A stretch of DNA of 64,000 nucleotides from Eledone cirrhosa (Eukaryota), in the NCBI GenBank assembly GCA_964016885.1, contig OZ024752.1, positions 15,686,001 to 15,750,000 of the forward strand, given 5' to 3'. The notes under the pieces are model-generated. The model made no database searches. It was given only the letters and a program-made list of their open reading frames with translations, and was not told the origin of the DNA. The translations under genes and the position numbers were made by a program. Positions within the stretch are counted from its first letter, which is position 1. Every line of letters starts with the position of its first letter. Of the stretch, positions 13,870-27,887 are shown one piece after another.

Positions 13870-14092
13870 GGGGCCGTCGATTGGCAGTTTGGTGGAACGT
13901 CGGACAACATGCTTTATGGCGTAGAGTTACGGCCTTTTACGATCTGATTTCAAATCCTGACAATGTTAGCTTTGCCTTTCATCCTTACGGGCTCGATAAA
14001 ATAAAGTACCAGTAATGCACTGCAGTCGATTTAATCGGCTTTCGCCTCCCACAAAACTATTGGTCTTGTACCTAAATCAGAAGTCAATATTA
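13870..14092 (+). mobile_element. SINE1 (diverged)
   Basis: Head, core and tail similarity. Confidence 0.8.
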
Positions 14093-14238
14093 TCAAAGCT
14101 AACTAGAAATATATTCTTGTACATTTGTAGTAGACTATAACACAAATATATCGAATACATGAATATTTAACATGGCAGAACCTTTCTTGCCATCAAATGC
14201 GAGAAAATAATTTTTAGCACTTACCTAAAATACTTGTA

Positions 14239-14432
14239 ATAATTGTATCTACCTTTGGCAGAAGGCCAGCATTTACCCCAGTGCATTACTGGTACATTAT
14301 TTGATCGACCCCGTACGGATGAAAGGAAAAGTTAACTTGATCGGGATTTGAACTCAGGCTGTAAAGGGCCGTAACTCTATGCTGAAAAGCATGGCGTCCT
14401 ATCCTCTACTGATACTGCCAGTCCACCTCCCT
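14239..14432 (-). mobile_element. SINE1 with TSD CTTGTAATAAT
   Basis: Full length on the - strand; direct repeat on both flanks. Confidence 0.85.
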
Positions 14433-15444
14433 TGTAATAATGTATATCATTATATTTTGATTTGAGCAATATACTTCAATATATACACAACACCAGTAAA
14501 AGTTTTCAAACAGCATGAAAATAACTCTCATTGTTTCTTGAGGGATCAAAAGGAAAAATCATATAAATCTAAAATATTCAAGAGAGATCTCCAAGATAGC
14601 AACGCTAGCAAACATTATTGCGTCATATATAATTTCTCCTTGATATTTGTAATCATACATTATATAAATAAAAGGAATGTTCAAGCGACCTAAATAGGCA
14701 ACCGTAGTGTTTGACTTTCAGTTCAGTTCTGAGTAGAGGGGAAATACAGATAAAAGATTATCGAATTTCAAGGATCCTTGAATTCGATAATTTTTTTTAT
14801 ATTTATATTTATTATTACCATTACTGGGATGTGATTAAAAAGTCTCTCGAAATCTAGGGTGGAAACGTGACCCTCTCAGGAATAAGTGTACGAAGGTGAA
14901 AACGACGACGACTCTGATGTGACCAGGGAAAGGACTGTCGTTTTATCAGCCGTGCATGTGACTGAAAATACAACGTAATGATGAAGATATTTAAAGTAAC
15001 TTGATGTTAGTAATGGGAAGGATAGTACGGGGATGATGTGTGTACGTCACTGAGGTGGCTGTCCTTGGAGTAATAATCTCTCTTTATTACCAGAGAAAAC
15101 CTTGTTCAAAACAAATTCTTTTAAATGAGAATCTAACAATTGTTTAAAAGATATTCATTAAAAGCTGGGACTAACATATACACATTACATACTCATCTGT
15201 GCAAGAAGACGTTTAAAAGCCCGGAATACATTTGTCCATAGTCAGAATTATAGAATGAAAGATATTTAAATAAGGACACTGTAATTCATCAACACTCAAT
15301 ATACTTTGTCCTCCAATAATGAGAGGAGGTCGTTAATGATCACCCATGATGGAGACGAGTACTGCGCACGGGGATGGAGTGAGGGGATAAGAAACTGGTA
15401 ACTTGACTCCCAGGAAAAGCGTGCTGGAAAAAGAAAAAAGACAA

Positions 15445-15645
15445 CAGTAGTACCGAAGGAGAGCATCTACAAATGCAGTTACTGTGTACAGGACTGCCAC
15501 TCCAGTTGTACCAGAGAAGAGCATCTACCAATGTAGTCACTCTATACAGGGCTGCCTCTCACACATGGGCCTGTACAGCCACAGTAGTACCGGGGAAGAG
15601 CATCTATTAATGTAGTCGCTGTATACAGGACTGCCACTACCGTGT
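15445..15645 (+). repeat. Imperfect tandem repeat (gagcatctac.aatgtagtcact.t.tacaggactgcc), ~3 units
   Basis: Repeated motif by eye; likely inside an unclassified element. Confidence 0.6.
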
Positions 15646-16320
15646 GGACCTGTAGAATCACAGCAGGCACTGCACCACAATTAGCAGCTAACACAACTTT
15701 CTCCAGACGAAAACTCGTGGTCTTTCGAGACCAACGGATGCCAATAATATTAATATTATTCATCAACAACTACAAAAACATGAACAAGGATAACGAAGAT
15801 ATTGCAAAACATTGTCAGTAACGGTAGTGTTGTGTTATAGAATTAGGGCTCTTTTACGTTTTGGCTCGAAATCCCTCCATGGTTAGCTTTGTTTTACCTG
15901 CTTACGGGATCGATAAATAAAGTAGGAGCAACGCACTGGGGTCGATTTACCTAATTTTCCCCTTCATTTCAAATAGTTGGTCTATTACCAAATGTATTTT
16001 ATGTATGGTCCCATAACTTCTGATAGAGTCGTGGGGGCGCTGTATTGACATGCGGCATTTTAAAGCCTGGTGGAGCCCATCCCTCTCCAGGCCTGAGTTT
16101 AGCAGATTTCTTCGAGAGAAAGATAGGAAGTAAGAGAGGGGAATGAAAAGGAGTAGTAATCGACCCCAGTACTAGACTGGTACTTTTTTATCAACCTCAA
16201 AAGGATCAAAGACAAATTGATCTCGGCGGGATGTGAACTCAGAGAACAGAGAGCCGAAACGAATAACAGACGTTCGCTGCCTATAGTGCCAAATATAGAA
16301 ATAATTATTATTGAGTCGTT

Positions 16321-16963
16321 AAGGGTGGAGGATGAGCCCTGTTCCTGGAACAGTGGTCAACACATTTGCGACATGTAGTTACGGCCCCTTTACGCTCAGA
16401 TTCCATATGTCGCTGATGTTAACTTTGCCTTTTATCTTTCTGGCGTCGATAAAATAATGAACCAGTCAAACATTGGAAATGATGTAATCGACTTTCCTCT
16501 CCGACAAACTTTCTGGTCTTGTTTCTCTATTAAAAATGATTATCATTATTTCTTTAAACAAGGGCGGTGGATTGGCAGTATCAGTAGAGGGTCGGGCGCA
16601 ATGCTTTGACGCATAGTTACGGCCCTTGCCATTCTGAGTTCAAATCTCGCCGAGGTTAACTTTGCCTTTCATCCTTACGGGGTCGATAAAATAAAGTACC
16701 AGTAATGCACTGGGTAATTACTGGCCTTGTGCCAAAAGTAGAAACAATTATTTCTTTAAACAAGGGCGGTGGATTGGCAGTATCAGAAGAGGGTCGGACG
16801 CCATGCTTTCCAGCATAGTTACGTCCCTTTACGTTCTGAGTTCAAATCCCGCCGAGGTTAACTTTGCCTTTCATCCTTGCGGGGTCGATAAAATAAAGTA
16901 CCAGTAATGCACTGGGTAATTACTGGCCTGTGCCAAAAGTAGAAACAATTATTTCTTTAAACA
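16321..16963 (+). mobile_element. Three SINE1 copies in tandem (16321-16545, 16562-16746, 16763-16947)
   Basis: 16-bp ATTATTTCTTTAAACA present three times (16545, 16747, 16948). Confidence 0.9.
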
Positions 16964-17230
16964 TGTTTTAGATTTCGTACGTTAATTTGATTCAGCATAA
17001 ATGAGAAATCCACTTTAATTTAAATTAATTACACAAAACAAAACACATTTTAATTTCATTCAATAAACTATATTAATGAGCTAAATAGCAGTAAAAGACA
17101 TGGTAAGATGCAACATGCCATGTTAACTTGCTCTACAAAGCCCTTAATAAATAACATGCTTTAATTGTCATGTTATGTATGTTATAATTAAGATGTTATA
17201 ATTATGATTATATAATAGTATATGTATTTA

Positions 17231-17416
17231 AAGGTGGATTGGCAGTATCGGTAGAGGGTCGGACGCCATGCTTTACAGCATAGATACGTCCCTTTACGAT
17301 CTGAGTTCAAATCCCGCCGAGGTTGACTTTGCCTTTCATCCTTACGGGGTCGATAAAATAAAGTACCAGTAAAGCACTGGGTAATTGCTGGCCTTGTGCC
17401 TAAAGTAGAAACAAGT
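17231..17416 (+). mobile_element. SINE1 with TSD AGTATATGTATTT
   Basis: TSD at 17217 and 17414. Confidence 0.9.
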
Positions 17417-18124
17417 ATATGTATTTTATTTATATGTTGTAATAATGTATGTTTGATGAAACAAAATCGAGGAAATATGTGTGTATTCGTCACAATATAT
17501 GTATCGACAAAATACTCTTAGTTTCCTCACCTACTTCATATTTCACCCTTTATTCCTGTAATACCTAATGAAATCATATATGTGTTATTCTGAAATTACA
17601 GCGTGTCTCCGATATATTAAACCTAATGGGGCCTATTTCTATACAGATTTAATGACATCTGATCCCTTCCCGAGAGATCCAGAAAGAGAAAAAGAGGAAA
17701 GAAGATAGGGAAGAATTAAATTGAAAGATAGGAGGAAATAAGTAAATAAATAAATAAATAAATAACAAAAGGGGATGAAGAAAGAAAGAAGGAACGAAAA
17801 AAAGAAAGCTAGATGGAGAAAGAATTGACAAGTATTGGACTATTACTTTATTAATCTCGAAATGAAGAAAGGCAAATGTGGCCTCGGTGGGATTTTGACT
17901 AAGAGAGCCGGGATGAGTAGCATATAGCTTCCGACACTCTACCAACTCTGTCAATTTAATGCATACTCCTCTTGAATTTGAGAAAAACTGTGAAATCTAC
18001 AAGAAATTGTGATTTTATATGCAATGTATACACAATATTCGTCGATTAGTTGTCGCATTTGGTTATTCCAACTCTGATCATAGATCCTTTCAAAGGCAAT
18101 CTGTTAATACAGGTTTTCACGTGT

Positions 18125-18490
18125 TGCTGCAGCATGGACGAATAGTTACGAAGTTCGCTGCACAATCAAATGGTCCGGGATTCAATGTCACTGCTTGGAA
18201 ACTTGAGCAAGTCTCAATGTCCATAGGCCTCGGTCGACCTCTGCTTTGTGAGAGAAACTGGGGGGGGGGGGGACTGCTTGAAAGCCGGTCTTATGAACTA
18301 TACCTCTAATTCAAATGATCTTTCTTGTCAAACACCCTGTCACGATGAATTTCCCAGAAAATTACGTCAAAGTATGCGTCTCTGTGGAATACTCAGCCAC
18401 TTATTTCATGATCAGACAGCTCCATTGATCGAACAACTGGAATGGAAGACTCATCGCCAAACACTGACCAAGCTCCATCGTATCGAATCT
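18125..18490 (+). mobile_element. SINE family 2-like (diverged)
   Basis: tRNA-like head; tail gtctgtggaatactcagccactt shared with 31718-32017. Confidence 0.5.
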
Positions 18491-19331
18491 AATGTGTTTT
18501 TCTAATGTAATTTTCATTATCCGGCGGCCTCAGCTGACATCGACTCAACAGTTGATCTCCACGTGGGTCTGTCGTTCATTGCCGTTGCCAAGTCTTGGAT
18601 TTCAATAACAGAATCTCTGGAGATGACATCGAGATAAATCTATCTAATTTCAGTTGGGGGAGGGATTTTATCTCTAAACCCAAGCAGGTGGAGTAATCCA
18701 GCAGAACCTCCCTCGTTAGCTCGTTTTTTCGTTATGGTGACAGAAATTACAAACCAGCATCTCAAATTATATTTTATCACTTTTCAGTGCTATTTGCAAG
18801 ATTGTTGAAAAAATAATAAATAAAAATCCTTCAAAACATGCCTCTGAAAATCCCATGATTATAATATTCATGTAATTTGTTGATTTATATATTTCACAAG
18901 CAACATTAAAGGCAACAATTATATCTAAGTAGCCACAATTTGTTTGTTATGGATCATTAACCTCTTTCATACAACAGTTCCATTATAGAGGGTTTCTATT
19001 TATTTTAAGAAACACTGAAATCTTTCACATTAACAAATTTATTGTTTATTCGAAATATGACATCGGTTGTGTTAATATTGCAAAGGTTGTAAATCAGCAA
19101 ATGACAAAAGAAATGTTGCGATTTAACGGGAACCATGTCTTTTGAAGTTCCAATTATTCCCGACCTCCACCAATACACTCATTTAAGCAACACTCTGTAT
19201 GACATCGTTTTTTATTTGTCACCATTTTCCTTTGTCCTTCTCGCAATTTATCTTGTTCAGTTATATCGGTCCCCCGCCTCTCATAGCTTTCTGTATCTAT
19301 CTTTCCATCTCTCGCTGCGCATAGATCTCTT

Positions 19332-19377
<46 letters not shown>

Positions 19378-20091
19378 AAGAGATCTATATATATATAAAA
19401 CACAAGACTCACCTTTAACCCTTAATATAAATGAATATATATAACACGCAAACACATTTTCTCTTTCTGTCTCTTTATTTACATATCTGTGTACAATAAC
19501 TAATAAATGATTGGATGTTCTTTTTATTATTTTCGGGTTTTGATTTAGCGTTGTAATTAGTTCTCGTGTATTTCAAATATTTTATTAGATATTGCCTTCA
19601 GTTCTGCATTGTTCAAATAATCTGTCTAGCAATGTGAAAAGGAGCTACCAAACATTCTACCTAACAACCCGTCATCACTAATTGATAATTTATACCACCT
19701 CATACACCAGACGCATAGCAATTTCTTCTTGCGCTGGACGGTTTTCTTGTTGTTTTATTCATTTTTTTGGCAACACAAAACACAAATTAAGTTACATACA
19801 CCCGGTAATAGACTGTAAACTTACAATCGACTAAGTAAATATCAGAGGAAACGACTTGCATACAAATATATTCCTGTGGTCTTTCATAATCAATCTCGTC
19901 ATGGAGTTTATGATGATGGTGATCACCAACATCGTCATGGGAGCCATTGTAATCACCGTTGCCATATTGTTTTCATAATCATCACCAATCATCGTTATCA
20001 CCATGATTAATGTCCACATAGCCCCCTAATTTCCACCACCGCCATCTTTGCTGTTATATATATATTGTACTGCACTCTTCGATATTGTTTT

Positions 20092-20312
<221 letters not shown>

Positions 20313-20320
20313 CAGGTTTT

Positions 20321-20537
20321 GTGAAGGCGTATAGCTGAGTAGTTACAGAATTGGATTCGCTATCGTGAGGTTGTGAGTTCGATTCCCGGGCGGAGATATG
20401 CGTTATGTCTTTGAGCAAGACACTTTATTTCCCGTTGCCCCTTCTACCTGTTGCGACCGATTGATAGTATTAGCAATTCGAAAAATCAATGGAAACATTG
20501 TTTCCTCGGTCTGATTTGACGAAAGTCGATCGACTGT
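20321..20537 (+). mobile_element. tRNA-derived SINE family 2 (GTGAAGGCG head, GAGTTCGATTCCC B box, TCTTTGAGCAAGACACTT core)
   Basis: Pol III boxes; the 3' part also occurs at 48390-48740 and 63890-64000 (-). Confidence 0.75.
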
Positions 20538-21204
20538 CTATATATATCAGGATGGATTCAGTTTAAAACTGATTACAGCATTACTCAACAGAATACTCGA
20601 TACTTGGACCTGTAGTGTATCGTTATATTATAAATAATCGGGACCCTGTCGGCTGAGCTCTTGCCGTTTCAACCATTTGTGACTAGCTGTCTAAACGGCA
20701 TGAAGTCAGCTGTCACAGTCCTGATACTTTTTAATATATATGTATATATATATACAAATATATATATAGTGCCTCATCAGGAACATTGTGTACCAGTGCG
20801 ATGTCACGGCCGACTGAAATCAATACACCTATATAGGTGCAACCTCAACATCCTTTAAGGAGCGAATGTACACCCACCGAAGCTCGTTCAACTACTGACC
20901 TAAGTGTTCCCAAATCAAACTGACAGATTTGATCTGATACTTTTGATCTGATATTTTTCCCATATATATATTTTGCAGGTGCAAAACAACAATAAATTGG
21001 CAGTATCGGTAAGGGGTTCGACGCCATGCTTTGCAGCATAGAATTACACTGCAGTTCATATACTATCAATCAGAGATTCCAAAAAAAAACACGTCTAACA
21101 AATATCGTTGGCGTCTAAAAGCTGTTGAACGTATGCAACGGGATGGTCTCCGTCACTTTTGTTATAAATGTATTGGCAGATGACTGTTTCTCTAACCTTT
21201 TTAA

Positions 21205-21396
21205 GGCGGTGGATTGGCAGTATCGGTAGAGTGTCAGACATCATGCTTTCAACCAAAGAGTTATGTCCCTTTCCGGTCTGAGTTCAAATCCCGCCGAGGT
21301 TACCTTTGCCTTTTATCCTTACGGGGTCGATAGAATAAAGCCCCAGTAATGCACTGGGTTAATTGCTGGCCTTGTGCCAAAAGTAAAAACAATCAT
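21205..21396 (+). mobile_element. SINE1
   Basis: Full-length head, core and tail. Confidence 0.85.
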
Positions 21397-21442
21397 TTTA
21401 AAATGTATAATTGTACAAATAATATGGGCCTCCGTCAGTTTA

Positions 21443-21477
<35 letters not shown>

Positions 21478-22532
21478 GGCTTCAAGAAGCTGACTATTGA
21501 TCCCATACTCCGGCAGAACCTTTCAAAGCAGGTCTCGAGGAACGCGCCAATATGCCTTTTCAAGATCGTCAAAACAAGAATATACTTTTTGGCAATGCTC
21601 ATACTATTTCTCAAAGATCTACGGCATTGTGAATATTTGGTCGGCTGTGCTGCGTCCGGGGCGCCACTGTAGCAGAATAGCTCTGTTATAAACTCCACAT
21701 ATAAAATTATCTAAACCATTTCTAACTTCATTTTCAAAGGCATTCCTGAAACAACACTCTTATTTATAATAATGCAGCTACCAGCTGTCGGTCAGAATAA
21801 GGCGTTTTGATGAATCTGAAAATGTTTTGTATATATACAGATACAAACTGAGATAAAATGAATCATATGTTGCTGATTTACGTGTATTCTCAAATAGAGG
21901 TAGAGAATCAAATCTGATAAGATTTCAGTGTTTGTTCTAGCGGTCATATAAATAAATAGATTGGGATTACAGATTCCATTTGTGTTGTGATTGCGGTAAA
22001 GGCCCCCAATTTACAGTTACCTGAACATATTTAATCATAAAGTGTACAGTATCGATGGACGTTTTGATTATATATGACATTTCTCCTCTCTCATGTTTTG
22101 TGCCTTAAACAGAAAGAGTTGTCACGTACCACTTTGATTGTCGCTCCTAACGTGCATTTAAAGAGGAGCGTGTTTGATTTCACTTGTATTGCACTCACTA
22201 TTTAAATATGAATCGTGTACTCTGCTGTAAATATTGCATGTAATTTCCATTACAATGGCACGCTATTAAGAGAGAAAGTATCCGAAACTGGTGACGTACA
22301 TTAACAGCTTCAGCTTGTGCAATTTGTTATCTAATTCTAATGGAAATATATTGACGTGAAAATGTCTATCGCTTGCTTTTACATATTAGTAGGATAAAAT
22401 ACGCTGGGCCGCAATTGTTTTGTTTCTATCCACTCTAGCCTGACAACCCACCGAGGCGAGGGTTGTCTTTCATAAATTCTTCAATGATAAAGTATAAATC
22501 AAATACTTACGCTATCTCTCGTGAAATCCCTT

Positions 22533-22534
<2 letters not shown>

Positions 22535-22610
<76 letters not shown>

Positions 22611-22640
22611 CCTCTCTCTCTCTCTCTCTCTCTCTCTCCT
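22535..22640. repeat. (CT)n microsatellite
   Basis: Direct inspection. Confidence 0.95.
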
Positions 22641-23397
22641 TCCTCCTCTCTTTCTCCCATTCTCTCCCAGAATCGACTGCTAGAATACCCCAAGAAAAGT
22701 GTGTATACATCACCACCATCTGAATAGTTTAAACGTCTATTCAGTGGACACTACAAAGTCAAATGAACGGACACTGTTTAGATGTATAGCACACAATACA
22801 CACACTCAAGGAGAACAGGTGAACTATAAAAAATATTGGTAAATTAAGCTAGCATAACGCATTACCATACATGCCTATCTTATTCGTGTAACTCATGAAG
22901 GAAGTTCCCATTTATTTAGCATGGATTGCAATTTCGTTACGATTAGTTTAGAAACATCCATCAAATGTGTATTACTTCCTTGTAAACCAATAAAACAAAT
23001 GTTGTCAATAATATAAACAGTGCGTTTCAAGCAGAAAACTGAACTCTATCAGAAAATCTAAGGAAAACAAATTATTTGAGAAAAAATAATTTCCTAAAAG
23101 GATTTAGAAGGAATACAAAGGGATATACCTGAAAACATTTCACGAAAAGAAATTTAGTCAGTTTGCAATCTTAGTGAAGTAATTTTCTTTCAAATAGGAA
23201 GATACGAAAATGGAAGAGCACGATATTATCATATTGATATTCAAGTTTCACTCAGAATAGATTTTACTCTTCAATCTATGTAAGATAATGGAGTAGAAAA
23301 CTAGATTGGCTGGCATATTTCCATGGAGATGCTTGACGATAGTTTTACTTTGTTAATTAACTAAGCTCGCCGATTGGAATTTCAGTTTGTTTCGACA

Positions 23398-24052
23398 TAA
23401 TAATTGTTTCTACTTTTGGCACAAGGCCAGCATAATAATTGTTTCTACTTTTGGCACAAGGCCAGTGTATTACTGGTATTTTATTTTATCGACCCCGTAA
23501 GGATGAAAGGCAAAGTTAACGTTGGCGTGATTTGAACTCAGACCATAAAGGGACCTAACTGTTTGCTCAAAGTCTGGTGTCCGACCCTCTACCGTTACTG
23601 CCAATCCATGGTTTCTGACTTAAGCACAAGGTCAACAATTTTATGGAGGAGAAAGGGGATTAAATTCACCCCCAATGTGTTACTGGTAATATATTTTATT
23701 GAGCCCCGTAAGGATGAAATACAAAGGTAACTTCGGTGGGAATTGAAATCAGCACGTAAAGAGACGTAACTCTGTGCCACGAAACCTCGTGTTCGTCACT
23801 CTACGAGTACTCCCAATCCAACACCTATTGTTTAGGAATAATAATGTTTCTGATTTAGGTAAAGGCCAGCAATTTTAGGGAGAGGAGGGTCAATTAAATC
23901 ACCCCAGTGTGTTACTGGTATCTTATTTTATTGAGCACGTAAGCAAGAAATGCAAAGCTAACTTAGGTGAGATTTGAAATCAGAACGTAATGGGATGTAA
24001 CTATGCCACGAAGCCTGGTGTCCGTCACTCAACGGAAACTGCCGATACAACG
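23398..24052 (-). mobile_element. Cluster of three co-oriented SINE1 copies; the first has a duplicated 3' end
   Basis: cataataattgtttctacttttggcacaaggccag occurs twice in tandem at ~23396 and ~23431. Confidence 0.8.
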
Positions 24053-24159
24053 CCTTTTGTTTAGGAATAATAATACTATGAGTAAAACAATGTAATATGT
24101 ATCGTTATTCTGTTAATACTGCCATGTTCAGACACAACAGAATATCTAAGGTTTTTATA

Positions 24160-24350
24160 TGTTCTTAGTTTTAGTCGTAGATCGTGGGGGCTTACTAGGC
24201 AATGAGTCTTCTCCAATTCACACGATCAGCTGCGGAATTCTGCGTAGTTTTCCAGTCCTGCCCAATCCTCTGGAGATCTCCTTTGAAAGTTGAGCGCCAG
24301 GTTTTCTTGGGTCTCCCTTTTCCCGCTTCCTACCGACTGAGATCCATTAA
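24160..24350 (-). mobile_element. RTE-clade LINE 3' fragment
   Basis: - strand translates to GRPKKTWRSTFKGDLQRIGQDWKTTQNSAADRVNWRRLIA*, typical of RTE C-termini. Confidence 0.7.
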
Positions 24351-24509
24351 ACGTTAGATAAAAAAAGATGTACGACGTTGAAAAGCAATAAGTGTTCCTA
24401 CTCAGAATATATAACAAAAACATCATCATCCACAATAACAGCAACTACAACATCAAAAATGAGGATATTGTATTGGCCACTCGTACCACATATAAGGCCA
24501 ATCATTCTG

Positions 24510-25063
24510 GTAAAGGAGAAAGTCGATTAAATCGTGCCTAGTGTGTTACTGGTACTTTATTTTATCGACCCAGCAAGGATGAAAGACAAAGCTAACTTCG
24601 GCTGGATTTGAACTCAGAACGTAAAGGGCCATAACTAAAGGCTGTAAAGCATTTTATCCGACGCTCTACTGACACTGCCAATCTAAATAACAATATTAAA
24701 TCATTAGAAATCCATTAAAAAGTATTTTTCAGGTCGACTCATTAACTTGCGACATTTGTTTATAAATCTGACTCCATTAGAAAATATTTTGAGCAAAATA
24801 CGATTTCTTAAAAATGCTATTGACAAACTGTAAATCATTGACTATAAGAAATACATGAAAATATTTACACAACATAATGTGTTCTACTTTTGGCACAAGG
24901 CCAGCAATTATACTAGTGTATTACTGGTACTTTATTTTATCGACCCCGTAAGGATGAAAGGCAAAGTTAACCTCGGCGGGATTTGAACTCAGGCCATAAA
25001 GGGTTGTAACTCTTTGCTGCAAAGCAAGGCGTCAGACCCTCTACCGATACTGCCAATCCACGG
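24510..25063 (-). mobile_element. Two SINE1 copies (24510-24685; 24872-25063 with TSD ATTTACACAAC.TAAT)
   Basis: Core and head matches; TSD. Confidence 0.85.
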
Positions 25064-25149
25064 CCACAACATTTACACAACCTAATGATCCACCTGGAGA
25101 AACTGAAATCTTGTATAAATTCAATGAAGACATAAAAGCATAAAAAGAG

Positions 25150-25450
25150 TTATACAGCAGTGGAAACTTCTGGCGTCCTTGGCCCTTCCCTACCAACCAC
25201 CATCGTCACAGAGTTGGCTAACCGGAGGAATGGCTCTCCCAGCACGTCTCCTTCATCATCCTTCGGGAAAATGCCTTCTGTATTCTGTCCGCCGGGGCCG
25301 TGGGGTGGACAGAGCGTGGGCCCCCATTTGCTCATAATAGTGAAAGACGGGGAGAGCGGTAGAGACGGAGGCAGTGAGAGTGGGTGTTTGATTCATTTGT
25401 TTTCGGACTTGGTGTATATGTATATGTTTTACGGATACACACTCGTTCAT
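25150..25450 (+). repeat. Unclassified GC-richer interspersed repeat family B
   Basis: Similar segments at 34795-35020 (-), 35935-36180 and 36390-36575. Confidence 0.6.
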
Positions 25451-26064
25451 TTTTTAATTTATACTTCTGTACTTTCTACAAGTTAATCATTCTTAAATAT
25501 ACATATTTCAGTCCTACTATACGAGAGGTACTATTAGTAGATAGACAGGAGCTGAAATTGAGTGAGTATATTAAATTACAGACGCCAAAATTCTTATAAT
25601 TAATCCCATAAAATACTTAGAATTAGTAGAAACAGATAGAATACAACACACAGAAATGATGGAGAAAGCAGAACTTATTACCGAAAACTCAAGCTGATAT
25701 TAAAATATGAAGTGACTGCAAGAATTACGTTAGCAGGCATCAATACAGAAGCCGGCACAATTATCTACTACAGTTCCAATATAACAGACTGGAAATATAT
25801 TAACATGTAAAACATATACAGGAAATAAGTCACGACATTAAAGCTGATAATGATAACAAATAATTATTTCACACACAGATACAACGGGGTCTGTGACAAA
25901 GTACCACAAACTAACAACTATTGGTTAAATACATAGAAGTCAGAGGAAACTGGAAACTGTAATAAGAAAGTAGGGAAAAACAAACAAACAAAATCTGTTT
26001 GTAGTTTAATTACATCTGGGCTCTGTTTTACCAGTGAGGAATGTTTTGCCCTTTCCATACAAAT

Positions 26065-26406
26065 CCTACACGCTCAATAAAGCTTTCAAGTCTGATTGAA
26101 ATCCGCACAAAGCTAGTTTACGGTTCTGTAAGGATAAAGACCTCATTTGGTCACGAATGACCAGAAAATTCCCCTCTGAGGCAAAAGTCCGGGCAAGGTT
26201 GTTTGTGGAACACCAGCAGGCGCCCATGCATATCTGCTTCCAGCTTGGCACCTGTGACGTCGCGACTCATTTCTACAGCAGAGTAAACTGGAGCATCCCA
26301 AAATAAAGTGTCTTGCTCAAGGATACAATGCATCATCAGGTTCGAGAATGAAACTCACAACATCCTGATTGCAAACTCAATGCTCTAACCACTAAGCCAT
26401 ACACCT
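26065..26406 (-). mobile_element. SINE family 2
   Basis: Reverse complement of the head (ctctaaccactaagccat) and core (aagtgtcttgctcaagga). Confidence 0.65.
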
Positions 26407-27887
26407 TGACTAACTATTCTGTACATACTTCATTACCCATGCATTGCTGTCTTGGGGTGGTCTACGACTAGCTGACATTGCAAAAATTCACATTTATTAT
26501 CCCTTCACGACCTTTGGTGGGGCGGCAGAGTCATGCAATTATCATCTGGCCTCTGGCTATAGCCAAAAGGACTTTATAACGGGCAACCTGGAGCTAGTAG
26601 TACACAGATTATTGCACTCTGTTGCAAATATTTAGGCTTGATCTTCGGACTATAACTTTTGAGCTTTGCCATTCTTCTTAATAAAGATGGGAATCATTAA
26701 AAACAGTATCTCATATTTTATTGCAATAATTATAGTTTTTGAGAGAGTTAAGTTTTGCTAACATAATATCATTAGTCATATATTCCATTCTATTATTCCA
26801 GAGGATATTGTAAAGAATATTCGCATTTCTAGACACTGAACGAACAGAAAATATTGTTTTTTACCCCAATGGGTTTTGCTATTCCTTCTACGATTCTATA
26901 TTTCTGCTTTTCATCCATCTACGATCAATGAAATAAAGTACCAGAGAAGTTGTAGGGACGATTTAATCACATTTGTCCCCTTTGTGCAACAATGCTAACC
27001 ATGAGCCTTAAATTACAACCCATTATTTATGATTTATTAATGATATCACGCCACGGAAAAATGGCTAGCTTCGCATTTGACTAAATTCTGCATTTTAAAT
27101 CAAAACAGGTATCTCTGAATAAAATATTTAGTTCGAGATTTTTCCTGTACGAATATAGAGGAGATATGAGTTGTGCCATGTATTCCTCCCGATAGCAATG
27201 AATTTAATAAAGATAAACATTGAATGTTGATTTTTCTTTTTAAACTGAAATCCTACAATGCTATAGAAGCAAGCCGCAGTGAAGTGATAACAATCAAATC
27301 AAATATATCTTGATGGAGGAAATGAATAAACAGACAAATAAATGAACAAATAAATCCACAAAACAAATGAAGAGACTGCAAAGAATTATACTCACTCCAT
27401 ATTTGTCCTGCATTAATATGTATAATCAGAAGACGAAGTAATAAAATAGCAACAGAAAAGTATGTGATCAGAAATGAAGCCGTAAAATCTCTTGCTTTCG
27501 TCAAAGGAATGAATATTTTGAAAATATCAAATCTAAATACAGAAACTCTAAAGTATTCTTGTTAAGAGAGGAAAATGATATTGCAAAGATAAAAAAAAAC
27601 TATCAGGTGTTGTAAATTTTTATGGATCAGAACTCAAAAATAACTACTCACTTTCAGTGTTGTAGATATAGAAATGTTAATAATGCCTATGCACAACGCT
27701 AACACACAAATATTTATTCCGATATGAAAATATGTTTAAAGCATCTGAATGATTAACAAATAAGGAATAAATGATAGATAAATAATGCTTTAAGCTTAAT
27801 TCATCTAGAACTCAAAATATATTTCTTTCAGTTTTACATCAGGGTGGCATTTGAAGAATATTTGGCTACATTATCATGCAATGCAAA

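Noticed and set aside
16321-17416. Regularly spaced repeats as a CRISPR array
   Set aside because: They are ~190-bp SINE copies with TSDs in eukaryotic DNA; there are no unique spacers or cas genes.
20321-20400. tRNA genes at A/B-box motifs (also 31718, 48278, 49117)
   Set aside because: No complete cloverleaf is evident and each continues into a SINE body.
20770-20800. CTGATGA on the - strand as a hammerhead
   Set aside because: It runs directly into TA-rich sequence with no GAAA or stem III half.
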